Assembly (NCBI GenBank): GCA_963720595.1 | Contig: CAVRFY010000005.1 | Location: 1,615,733-1,679,732 of the forward strand | DNA: 64,000 nucleotides | Direction: 5' to 3' | Source of the DNA: an uncultured Actinomycetota bacterium | GTDB lineage: Bacteria > Actinomycetota > Actinomycetes > Streptosporangiales > Streptosporangiaceae | In this document: positions 40,844 through 49,371 of the stretch, in pieces | Layout: each line of letters starts with the position of its first letter | How positions within the stretch are numbered: position 1 is the stretch's first letter | The notes under the pieces: generated by a model | What the model saw: the letters and a program-made list of their open reading frames with translations, nothing else | Databases searched by the model: none | What the model was told of the DNA's origin: nothing | Made by a program: the position numbers and the translations under genes

Positions 40844-43213
40844 ATGGCGAGGGCGGCGCATGACCGGCTGGCCAGGAAGTTGCGCGGCGACACGCAGACC
40901 GCGTTCAGCGTGGAACTGACGGCGAGCACGGGCGACTTGAGCCTGGAGGTCGAGGGTTTCGGGCAGGTCAAGTTCCCGGTGACCCCTGCGAAGGCCCGCA
41001 AGCTGCTCGGTCTCGGTCAGCCGGCCCGGTTCGGCCGTGGCGAACAGACGCTGACCGACCCGGACGTTCGGGACACGTGGGAGATCCCGAAGCGCCTCGT
41101 CCGCGCCGAGTGGAGCGACGCTATGCCGGAGGTCATCCTCGCGACGGTGAAAGAGGAGCTAGGACCCCCGAATGCTGCCGAGCTGGCTGCCGATCTTCAT
41201 TCCCTCCTGGTCTACGAGCCAGACCAGTTCTTCCTCGCCCACCAGGACTCCGAGATAGACGACTCGATGATCGGCACCCTGGTGGTGACCCTGCCGTCCA
41301 GTTACACCGGCGGCGAGCTGATGGTGGGGCTGGGCGGGGAGTGGAAGACCTACCGAGGGTCGAGGACAGCGCTGTCACTGGTCGCCTTCTACGCCGACTG
41401 CCGGCACGAGGTTCTCAAGGTGCAGTCGGGCTATCGCATCACGCTCACCTACAACCTGCTCCTGCGCGGCGACACCCGCCGTCCGCAGGGCGATGAGGGA
41501 ATCGTCGCCGAACTGGCGGACCTCCTCCGCGAGCACTTCAGCACGCCTGTCTCCCGCTATTACGGCGGACCCGCAGCGGACCCGCCGAACCGGCTCGTCT
41601 ACCTCCTCGATCACGAGTACACGCCCCGCGGGCTGAACTGGCGACGCCTAAAAGGCGCGGACGCGAGCAGGGTGACGCTGCTGCGGGCCGCCGCGGAAAA
41701 GGCAGACTGTGAAGCCATCCTCGCGCTCGCCGACATCAGGACAACACATAGCGCGTTCCCGGCGGACGAAGCCTACGGATCCTGGCGGCGCTGGGACGAT
41801 GCCGACGACGAAGACGCCTACGACGAAGACGAGGACGACGGCAACGCCACCCAGTACGAGATTCAGGACCTGATCGACTCCGAGATTATCCTCACCCACT
41901 GGACCGGGCCGGATGGCAGCCGGCTAGAAGAGATGTCGCTGTTCGTGGGCGGCAACGAGGTCTGCGCGTCTACCCCGTCCGGCGACCTCACGCCGGACGC
42001 CCAGCAGTACGAGGGCTACATGGGCAACTGGGGCAACACGCTGGACCGCTGGTACCACCGGGCGGCGGTCGCCGTCTGGCCCCGTGATCAGGCCTTTGCG
42101 AACCGCGCAGAAACCTCGCCGGCCTGGGCTCTTGATGAGGTCACCGCGATGGCGTCATCGGGCGATGTACCAGGCGCTCAGGCCGCCACGGCGACACTCG
42201 CGCCGTTCTGGGACGGCGCGGTGCGCGGCCGGACTCCGGAGGCAAGTGCCAGGACCACCGGGCTGTTCGGCCCGGCGCTCAGGGCGGCGGACGCCGTGGT
42301 GGACGCGAGCGCCGCGGCGATGCTGCTGCGCCCGTTCCGCGTCGAGAATCTGACAGATGCGCATGTGACCTCGTTCACGAAGATCGTCGGCGGCTACGGC
42401 CATCAGTGGACGGCGGACCTGCTGCGAACATGGTTCGGCGGGGATCAGCCAGCCTCGGCATACGGCGGCGGCCGGGAGCGACCGGAGTGGGTGGCGGACT
42501 TCCTGCCAGGCGTGTGCGCGGGACTGCACGCCGGGGGCAGTGCTGGCGCGGTGGCCGCGCAATGGCTGCTTGACCTCGCGTGGGAATGGATCAGCAAGGA
42601 CATCCGCAGCGGGCTCGGCTTGTCGTTGCCAAGCAATCGCGACAAGCAACTCGGCGACCTGGGTCAACCGCTCGCCGCGGTGCTCACGGCAGCCGCCGCG
42701 ATCGGGGAGACCAGCACGCGGGACATAGTTTCGGGATACATCCGGGAACAGGGCGACCCGGTGACCACGCTAGAGCTGTCTGCGCTGCGCGCCGCTGACC
42801 AGATGCCCCGGGATGGCGCACGCGGCGACGGCAGCTTCGGCGACCTGGCCGCCGACTGTGCGGCGCGGCTCCGCGCCCGGCTAGCCCGCCCGCAGCGCGC
42901 GTCGGGTGACTGGTCGATCGAACTGCCTGCGGGGGGCTGCACATGTGACCTGTGCGGCACCCTCGGCACGTTCCTGGAGCACAGGAGCCGACGCACCTTC
43001 GAGTGGCCACTTGCCAAGGATGGCCGGCACCTTGTGCACGCCAGGATCGACGGTGCCGAACTGCCCGTCAGCCACTTGACCAGGCGGCAAGGCCGCCCCT
43101 ACACGCTCGTCCTGAACAAGACCGACGCGCTCTTCTCCCGCGACTGGGAGGCGCGGATCAAGGATGAAGCGGATCTGAAGTGGCTCACGGCAAACGGGAC
43201 TTCCGCCGCTTGA
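40844..43213 (+). CDS. Large (789 aa) protein: N-terminal prolyl-hydroxylase-type 2OG-Fe(II) dioxygenase domain plus ~550 aa of unknown function
   Basis: FFLAHQDSE (HxD), TGGELMV, ADCRHEVLKVQSGYRITLTYNL (distal His, Arg). Acidic linker DDADDEDAYDEDEDDG. C-terminal Cys/His cluster GGCTCDLCGTLGTFLEH...HLVH. RBS GGGAGG precedes the ATG. Confidence 0.75.
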   Translation: MARAAHDRLARKLRGDTQTAFSVELTASTGDLSLEVEGFGQVKFPVTPAKARKLLGLGQPARFGRGEQTLTDPDVRDTWEIPKRLVRAEWSDAMPEVILATVKEELGPPNAAELAADLHSLLVYEPDQFFLAHQDSEIDDSMIGTLVVTLPSSYTGGELMVGLGGEWKTYRGSRTALSLVAFYADCRHEVLKVQSGYRITLTYNLLLRGDTRRPQGDEGIVAELADLLREHFSTPVSRYYGGPAADPPNRLVYLLDHEYTPRGLNWRRLKGADASRVTLLRAAAEKADCEAILALADIRTTHSAFPADEAYGSWRRWDDADDEDAYDEDEDDGNATQYEIQDLIDSEIILTHWTGPDGSRLEEMSLFVGGNEVCASTPSGDLTPDAQQYEGYMGNWGNTLDRWYHRAAVAVWPRDQAFANRAETSPAWALDEVTAMASSGDVPGAQAATATLAPFWDGAVRGRTPEASARTTGLFGPALRAADAVVDASAAAMLLRPFRVENLTDAHVTSFTKIVGGYGHQWTADLLRTWFGGDQPASAYGGGRERPEWVADFLPGVCAGLHAGGSAGAVAAQWLLDLAWEWISKDIRSGLGLSLPSNRDKQLGDLGQPLAAVLTAAAAIGETSTRDIVSGYIREQGDPVTTLELSALRAADQMPRDGARGDGSFGDLAADCAARLRARLARPQRASGDWSIELPAGGCTCDLCGTLGTFLEHRSRRTFEWPLAKDGRHLVHARIDGAELPVSHLTRRQGRPYTLVLNKTDALFSRDWEARIKDEADLKWLTANGTSAA

Positions 43214-43350
43214 TCAGGGCAATCAGCGAACGGTCGGCACGGCCAGGTCACCGACGATGAGCAGATGGCCGACGAGCTCGACCTGCTCGCCAAGCTCGAG
43301 AATGCGCATCCGAAGAAGATTCGCCAGACCAGTGTGTCCGCTCTGACGGT

Positions 43351-43554
43351 TCACTCAGCGAAGGGGTTGAGAACCTGGACTCCGGCGAGCTCAAAGTCCT
43401 TGACGTTGCGGGTGACCACGGTCATGCCGTGCACCCGCGCCGTTGCCGCAATGAGCGCGCCGATCACTGGGAGGGGCTGCGCGCACTGCTGACGACCCCA
43501 GGCAGCGGCGATCGGGAGGGTGACCGGGAGAACCCGATCTAGTAGCTCTGGCCT
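43351..43554 (-). pseudogene. C-terminal half of a second PIN-domain toxin (N-terminal half missing)
   Basis: [17 protein letters not shown] and PLPVIGALIAATARVHGMTVVTRNVKDFELAGVQVLNPF form a typical VapC/FitB C-terminus. The upstream part of ORF 43351..43752 is the antisense of other debris. Confidence 0.65.
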
Positions 43555-43622
43555 GCCGTGCAGGCGGTTGGCTCTGGCCTGCCGTGCAGGTGGTTGGCTC
43601 TGGCCTACCTTCAGGCGGTACC
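43545..43622. repeat. 26-bp tandem repeat x3
   Basis: gctctggcctgccgtgcaggcggttg / gctctggcctgccgtgcaggtggttg / gctctggcctaccttcaggcggtacc. Confidence 0.9.
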
Positions 43623-43724
43623 GTTTACGATTCGCTCGTGGCGCTGGCAGCCAAAGAGCACGGGGCCGCCCTCGCCACCCGGGATGCGCTAGCACGCGGC
43701 ACCTACGACGCGACCGGTGGCTGA
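43623..43724 (+). pseudogene. 3'-terminal remnant of a vapC paralogue
   Basis: Translates to [33 protein letters not shown](stop). 80 of 88 nt are identical to 40596-40683 of the intact vapC, by my manual alignment. Confidence 0.7.
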
Positions 43725-43821
43725 CGGCAGTGCGGTTGATCAGGATCGTCAATACCAGACTTGATCCGCCTGCTGGCCGTGGCCTTGCGCCGATTGAAAG
43801 TCCAGACTAACGTCTGGACAC

Positions 43822-44388
43822 ATGTCCGAAAGTCTCGCGACTGAGGCCACCAGACGGCAGCTAACCGCCAGGCAGGCCGACACCGTGCGCCGGCTCACCG
43901 AGGCCGGGATCGACGAGGTCCGCAGGACCGGCTACGAGAACCTGAGCATCAGGGACGTGGCCCGCCGGGCCGGCGTCGCGGCGGCGACCGCCTATACCTA
44001 TTTCGGCTCTAAGGACCATCTGCTCACCGAGATCTTCTGGCGCCGCCTGAACGCGCTGCCGCCGGTACGCAAGGGCCAGCAGCCGAGCCGGGCTCGCGCC
44101 ATCTCCGTGCTGCGCGAACTCGCCCTGCTGGTCTCCGAGGAGCCGGAATTGGCGGCCGGGTGCACGGCCGCGATGTTCGGCGCGGAGCCCGATGTCAGAC
44201 AGCTGAGACTGCAGATCGGGATGGGCATTCACCAGCGGATCGAGGCGGTCGCCGGGCCGGGCAGCGCCGCGGCCAGGCTGCTCGAGCTCGCCTATTTCGG
44301 CGCGATGGTGGAGGCCGGACTCGGATACACCACGTACGGGCACATGGCTGACCGGCTCGCTGAAGCCGCCGAGCTGATCATGAGGTGA
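43822..44388 (+). CDS. TetR/AcrR family transcriptional regulator
   Basis: HTH LSIRDVARRAGVAAATAYTYFGSKDHLL. Confidence 0.85.
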   Translation: MSESLATEATRRQLTARQADTVRRLTEAGIDEVRRTGYENLSIRDVARRAGVAAATAYTYFGSKDHLLTEIFWRRLNALPPVRKGQQPSRARAISVLRELALLVSEEPELAAGCTAAMFGAEPDVRQLRLQIGMGIHQRIEAVAGPGSAAARLLELAYFGAMVEAGLGYTTYGHMADRLAEAAELIMR

Positions 44389-44394
44389 GGCCGC

Positions 44395-45579
44395 GTGCCC
44401 GTTTCCTTCGATCCCTACGACTACGCGATCCACGACGATCCTTATCCGCACTATGCGCGGCTGCGGGACGAGGCGCCGCTGTACCGGAACGACGAACGGG
44501 ACTTCTGGGCGCTGTCCAGGCACGAGGACGTCGCGGCCGCGTTCCGTGATCCTGGCAGGTTCTCCAACGCCAACGGAGTCTCGCTCGATCCCGCGGCCTG
44601 GGGACCACACGCGCATCGCTCGATGTCCTTCCTCGCGCTCGACCCGCCGCGGCACACGAGGATGCGGGCGCTGGTGGCCAGCGGATTCACGCCGAGGCGG
44701 GTCCGCGACCTCGAGCAGGTAATCAGGTCCCTGGCCTGCCGGTACCTGGACCGGGCTCTGGCCAAGGGATGGTTCGACTTCGTCGCCGACTTCGCCGGGC
44801 TCTTGCCAATGGACGTGATCTCGGACCTGATGGGCGTACCCGAGCCGGACCGGCCGATGTTGCAACGCCTAGCCGATGCACTCGTGCACCGCGAGCCCGG
44901 CCTGCACGACGTGCCGCCCGCGGGGATCGAGGCAGCGCTGACGCTGGCCGGGTACTACAGCGACCTGGTCGCCGACCGCCGCCGAAGCCCGGCCGACGAC
45001 CTGACCTCCGCGCTGCTGACCGCCGAGATCGACGGCGACCGGCTGGCCGACAGCGAGGTAATCAGCTTCCTGTTCCTCATGGTGGTGGCCGGGAACGAGA
45101 CGACCACCAAGCTGCTGACCAACGCGGTCTACTGGGGCTGGCGCAACCCGGCTGAGCTGACCAAGGTGCTGCGAGACCCGTCGCGGGCCGGCGACTGGGC
45201 GGCCGAGACGCTGCGGTACGACGCGTCAACTCAGATCACCGCGCGCACTGTGGCCACGGAGTTCCCAGCGCATGGACGCACCGTCCCGGCGGGCGCCAGG
45301 CTGCTGCTGCTGATCGGGGCGGCCAACCGCGACCCGGCGGTCTTTGCCGATCCGGATCGCTTCGACCTGGACCGCGACACCTCGGCGCTGATCAGTTTCG
45401 GCGCCGGACGGCACTACTGCCTGGGCGCGAACCTGGCCAGGCTCGAGGCCCAGGTCGCGCTCGGCGAATTTGCCAGCCGGGTTAGCGGCTACGAGATCGA
45501 CGAAACCGGCGCGGAGCGAGTCCACTCGGTGAATGTCAGGGGCTTCGCGACACTGCCGGTGCGGGCTCAGGTGCGCTGA
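44395..45579 (+). CDS. Cytochrome P450
   Basis: Heme loop FGAGRHYCLGANLA, ETLR (ExxR), I-helix VVAGNETT. Confidence 0.9.
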   Translation: MPVSFDPYDYAIHDDPYPHYARLRDEAPLYRNDERDFWALSRHEDVAAAFRDPGRFSNANGVSLDPAAWGPHAHRSMSFLALDPPRHTRMRALVASGFTPRRVRDLEQVIRSLACRYLDRALAKGWFDFVADFAGLLPMDVISDLMGVPEPDRPMLQRLADALVHREPGLHDVPPAGIEAALTLAGYYSDLVADRRRSPADDLTSALLTAEIDGDRLADSEVISFLFLMVVAGNETTTKLLTNAVYWGWRNPAELTKVLRDPSRAGDWAAETLRYDASTQITARTVATEFPAHGRTVPAGARLLLLIGAANRDPAVFADPDRFDLDRDTSALISFGAGRHYCLGANLARLEAQVALGEFASRVSGYEIDETGAERVHSVNVRGFATLPVRAQVR

Positions 45580-45580
45580 G

Positions 45581-46435
45581 ATGCCAAGGTTCGAGCCGCA
45601 TCCGCAGCGTCGGCCCGCCGTCATCGCGGGCGCGTCGTCGGGCATCGGCGCCGCGACCGCGATCGCGCTGGCGGAGGCCGGGCATCCGGTGGCACTCGGC
45701 GCGCGCCGTACCGGCGCTCTGGACGACCTGGCTGCGAAGATCGCGGCCGGAGGCGGCGAGGCGGTCGCCTTCCCGCTCGATGTCGGCGACGACGAGTCCG
45801 TCCGTGCCTTCGCCGCCTCGGCTGCGGAAGCGCTCGGGCCGATCGAGGTCCTCGTCAGCTCGGCGGGCGACATCGACGCGCATCTGGTGCACGAACTCGG
45901 CCCGGCCGACTTCCTGGCCGAGATCCAGGTCCACCTGGTCGGCGTGCACCGGTTGGTAGCCGCGATCGTGCCCGGCATGGTTGGCCGCCGCCGCGGCGAC
46001 GTCGTGTTCATCTCCTCCGACGTCGTGCGTGCGCCCCGGCCGCGGATGGGCGGCTACGTTGCGGCGAAGCACGGTGTGGAGGGCCTGGCCAGGGCGATGC
46101 AGATGGAGCTGGAGGGAACGGGGGTTAGGGCGTCGGTGATCAGACCGGGCCCGACCAAGAGCGGGATGGGGATGACCTGGGATGCCGCGACGGTCCAGGC
46201 GGTGCTGGATGACTGGTCGCGGTGGGGGCTGGCCAGGCATCCGTACTTCCTGCGGCCGTCGGACGTCGCCAGCGCCGTCGTCTCGGTCGTGTCGGCGCCC
46301 AGGGGCGCGCACCTGACGCTGATCGAGGTGCAGCCGGAAGCACCGCTCCGGCCCGAGCCCCAGCAGCCCGAGCCCCAGCCGCCCGAGCCACAGCCGCCCG
46401 AGCCACAGCCGCCCGAGCCAGGGAGCGGGCCGTGA
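45581..46435 (+). CDS. SDR family oxidoreductase with PEPQP-repeat tail
   Basis: ORF 45533..46435, ATG 45581. AVIAGASSGIGAATA (TGxxxGxG), YVAAKHGVE (YxxxK). C-terminus PEPQQPEPQPPEPQPPEPQPPEP. Confidence 0.85.
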   Translation: MPRFEPHPQRRPAVIAGASSGIGAATAIALAEAGHPVALGARRTGALDDLAAKIAAGGGEAVAFPLDVGDDESVRAFAASAAEALGPIEVLVSSAGDIDAHLVHELGPADFLAEIQVHLVGVHRLVAAIVPGMVGRRRGDVVFISSDVVRAPRPRMGGYVAAKHGVEGLARAMQMELEGTGVRASVIRPGPTKSGMGMTWDAATVQAVLDDWSRWGLARHPYFLRPSDVASAVVSVVSAPRGAHLTLIEVQPEAPLRPEPQQPEPQPPEPQPPEPQPPEPGSGP

Positions 46436-47778
46436 CGGCCAGCGCGCCCCGCCTGGTTTCCGGCGGCGAGGCAGGCGGGCACCTGGAGGAACTGCGCCGC
46501 GACCCGATCGGGCTGATGCGCCGGGTCAGGGCCGAGTGCGGCGACGTCGGTGCACTCGACCTGGCCGGCCGGCCGGTGGTCCTGCTGACCGGCGCGGAGG
46601 CCAACGAGTTCTTCTTCCGCGCACCGGACGAGGACCTGGACCAGGCTCAGGCGTACCCGTTCATGACGCCGATCTTCGGCAAGGGCGTGGTGTTCGACGC
46701 CTCGCCCGAGCGGCGCCGCGAGGCGCTGCACAACCAGGCGCTGCGCGGCGACATGATGCGCGGCCACGCGCAGACGATCGCCGACGAGGTCGTGGCGATG
46801 ACGGCCGGATGGGGTGGCGCTGGCCAGATCGACCTTCTCGACTGGTTCGCCGAGCTGACGATCTACACCTCGTCAGCCTGCCTGATCGGCAAGAAGTTCC
46901 GCGATCAGCTGGACCGCCGGTTCGCCGAGCTTTATCACGATCTTGAACGCGGCACCGACGCCGTGGCGTTCGTTGATCCCTATGCTCCTATTGACAGCTT
47001 CCGCAGGCGGGACGCCGCTAGGGCCGGACTGGTCAGCCTGGTCGAGGCGATCATGGCAGTCCGCGCCGCCGCGCCGTCGCCCGGCCGCGACGACCGCGAT
47101 CTGCTCGACGTGCTGATCTCGCTGCGCGGCCAGGACGGCACGCCGGCGTTCACCGCGGACCAGGTCACCGGGATGTTCATCTCGATGATGTTCGCCGGGC
47201 ACCACACCAGCTCGGGCACGGCCGCGTGGACGCTGATCGAGCTGCTGCGCCATCCGAGCGAGCTGGCGCAGGTCGTGACCGAACTCGACGGGCTGTACCG
47301 CGACGGTGCCGAGATCAGCTTCCAGGCGCTGCGTGAGATCCCGCGGCTCGAGTCGGCCATCAAGGAGGCACTGCGGCTGCATCCGCCGCTCATCCTGCTG
47401 CTCAGGGCCGCCACCAGAGACCTTGAGGTGCAGGGCGTCCAGATCCGGGCAGGCGCGCTGGTCGGCGCGAGCCCGGCGATCTCGAACCGGATACCGCAGG
47501 ACTTCCCGGACCCGGACAAGTTCGTGCCGCAGCGGTACGCCGAGCCGCGGCAGGAGGACCTCGTCAACCGGTGGACGTGGATACCGTTCGGGGCCGGGCG
47601 ACACCGCTGCATCGGCGCGAACTTCGCGATGATCCAGCTCAAGGCGATCTTCTCGGTGCTGCTCAGGGACTGGGAGTTCGAGCTCGCGCAGCCCGCCGGC
47701 AGTTATCGCGACGATCACTCGAAGATGGTCGTCCAGCTCGCCAGACCCTGCGTCGTGGCGTACCGGCGCCGCGGATGA
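46432..47778 (+). CDS. cyp51: Sterol 14-alpha-demethylase-type cytochrome P450 (CYP51)
   Basis: Colinear with the M. tuberculosis CYP51 sequence as I remember it (HLEE.R.DPIGLM.RVR.ECGDVG, AYPFMTPIFG.GVVFDASPERR, ELTIYTSSACLIGKKFRDQLD, MMFAGHHTSSGTA, WIPFGAGRHRC.GA.FA). GTG 46432 overlaps the SDR stop. Confidence 0.9.
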   Translation: MTASAPRLVSGGEAGGHLEELRRDPIGLMRRVRAECGDVGALDLAGRPVVLLTGAEANEFFFRAPDEDLDQAQAYPFMTPIFGKGVVFDASPERRREALHNQALRGDMMRGHAQTIADEVVAMTAGWGGAGQIDLLDWFAELTIYTSSACLIGKKFRDQLDRRFAELYHDLERGTDAVAFVDPYAPIDSFRRRDAARAGLVSLVEAIMAVRAAAPSPGRDDRDLLDVLISLRGQDGTPAFTADQVTGMFISMMFAGHHTSSGTAAWTLIELLRHPSELAQVVTELDGLYRDGAEISFQALREIPRLESAIKEALRLHPPLILLLRAATRDLEVQGVQIRAGALVGASPAISNRIPQDFPDPDKFVPQRYAEPRQEDLVNRWTWIPFGAGRHRCIGANFAMIQLKAIFSVLLRDWEFELAQPAGSYRDDHSKMVVQLARPCVVAYRRRG

Positions 47779-47969
47779 GGATCGAGGTCGACCTGGACCT
47801 GTGCCAGGGCCACGCGATGTGCCAGTTGGAGGCGCCCGCCGTGTTCTCCGTGCCCCGCAAGGGGAAGGTGACCGTGACCGACCCGGCCCCGCCAGCTGGC
47901 GAGCGGTCGGCGGTACTGGCCGCCGTGCGGTACTGCCCGACTCAGGCACTCCGGCTCGTCGATGACTGA
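47775..47969 (+). CDS. Small [3Fe-4S]-type ferredoxin
   Basis: 64 aa. VDLDLCQGHAMC and CPTQAL. ATGA overlap with cyp51. Confidence 0.8.
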   Translation: MRIEVDLDLCQGHAMCQLEAPAVFSVPRKGKVTVTDPAPPAGERSAVLAAVRYCPTQALRLVDD

Positions 47970-48049
47970 GCGCGCCGCAGATTACCTCAAGCCGCCCGCC
48001 GGCGTGCAGCTCGCCGGACCTGGCTACCGACCGATCACGGAGGCTCGAC

Positions 48050-48601
48050 ATGCCCGCATTCCCCCGCGCGGAACTCGACGAGATGGTGCGGAAGTGGCTG
48101 GCGGCCAATGCCGCGTGCGAGGCTGACGGCGACTGGCGTCCGCTGGCCGAGCTGTACACGCCAGGTGCGACCTACGGCTGGAGCCTGGGGCCGTCGGAGG
48201 AGTTCATGGTCGCCGGGCGAACCGAGATCAGGGACATCGCGCTGGCGCTGGAGATGGGCGGGCTCGACGGCTGGTCCTACCCGTACCAGAAGGTGCTGAT
48301 CGACGACGCCCAGGGCGAGGTGGTCGGGTTCTGGAAGCAGGTCGCCGGCGCGACGCGGCCGGGCGGCGGCCGCTACGAGGTGGCCGGCATTGGCGGCAGC
48401 TGGTTCAGGTACGCCGGCAACTGGCAGTGGTCGTGGCAGCGGGACTTCTTCGACCTCGGCAACGCGGTCGCCCTGTTCCTGGAAATGATCAAGGCCGACG
48501 CGCTCTCCGACGGCATGCGGCGCCGGATGGAACGCTCGACCTCGGGAGAGCGTCTGCCCGGCCACTACCCGATCGGGACGGGGCCAGCCACCCTCTGGTA
48601 A
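48050..48601 (+). CDS. NTF2/SnoaL-fold conserved hypothetical protein
   Basis: 183 aa, occupying the position of Rv0762c downstream of the ferredoxin. The family call is tentative. Confidence 0.55.
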   Translation: MPAFPRAELDEMVRKWLAANAACEADGDWRPLAELYTPGATYGWSLGPSEEFMVAGRTEIRDIALALEMGGLDGWSYPYQKVLIDDAQGEVVGFWKQVAGATRPGGGRYEVAGIGGSWFRYAGNWQWSWQRDFFDLGNAVALFLEMIKADALSDGMRRRMERSTSGERLPGHYPIGTGPATLW

Positions 48602-48658
48602 CGACATCTGCGGCCCCCTGATGTCGTCCTAGCGACAGCTGCGGAACATTGCTGTCGC

Positions 48659-49348
48659 TCAGGTCGCCGCGCCGGGCCGGGCCGGGACGTGCGAGGTGCC
48701 ATCACGCATCGGCGGGAACTCGAAGCTGGCCGCCGTGGTGCCGCGGGTGATCCCGGTGATGTCCGCCTCGGGCAGCACCTCGGTGTCGTCGTCGATCGTG
48801 ACCTCCCACCGGCAGACGGGCACCCGGCCGGCCGGGACCCGGGGCGGCCGGTGCACGGGCCGGATCCGCGCCCGCGGGTTGACGGCCTGGGCCGTGACAT
48901 CGAACGTGCCGTCCTCGATCGTGTGGCACATGCCGCGGACCGCGCGCTCGCCGAACGGTTCCACGTCGAGCAGCGCGCCGCAGGACCTGAGCTGGAAGAA
49001 CCCGTGGTTCTCGTCGACGACCTCGTACTGCACGTCCATGTAGTGCTGAGCGAACCCCGGATCGAGCTGGAGCTGCTTGAAGATCGCCGGGACCCCGTTT
49101 CCCTCGATGTTCATGATCGCGCGGATCCGCTCGGTGTAGATCGGGCTCGCGCCGCGCCACTCCTCGATCGCGATCTCCTCCACCGCCTGCTGGCCGTACC
49201 GCAGCCCGATTGTGGCGAAGACGGACCGGTCGAGCAGCTGGGCGATCAGCGCGTACTCGCGCACCAGCCGGACGAGCGCCTCCTTCGAGAGATCCTCGTA
49301 CCGGAAATCCGGATCAAATTCGCCGGAGTAGTCCTTGCGCTCGGTCAT
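48659..49348 (-). CDS. Conserved hypothetical protein
   Basis: ORF 48659..49384, ATG 49348 (MTERKDYSGEFDPDF). Good codon bias. No motif I recognise. Confidence 0.55.
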   Translation of the reverse strand: MTERKDYSGEFDPDFRYEDLSKEALVRLVREYALIAQLLDRSVFATIGLRYGQQAVEEIAIEEWRGASPIYTERIRAIMNIEGNGVPAIFKQLQLDPGFAQHYMDVQYEVVDENHGFFQLRSCGALLDVEPFGERAVRGMCHTIEDGTFDVTAQAVNPRARIRPVHRPPRVPAGRVPVCRWEVTIDDDTEVLPEADITGITRGTTAASFEFPPMRDGTSHVPARPGAAT

Positions 49349-49371
49349 GGGCTGAACTGTAATCTGGACGG

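Noticed and set aside
43099-43350. Small ORFs between the oxygenase stop and the PIN fragment (43265..43492 plus strand, 43099..43293 minus strand) as a possible antitoxin
   Set aside because: The orientation and position do not fit the minus-strand PIN fragment, and I saw no AbrB, RHH or Phd motif.
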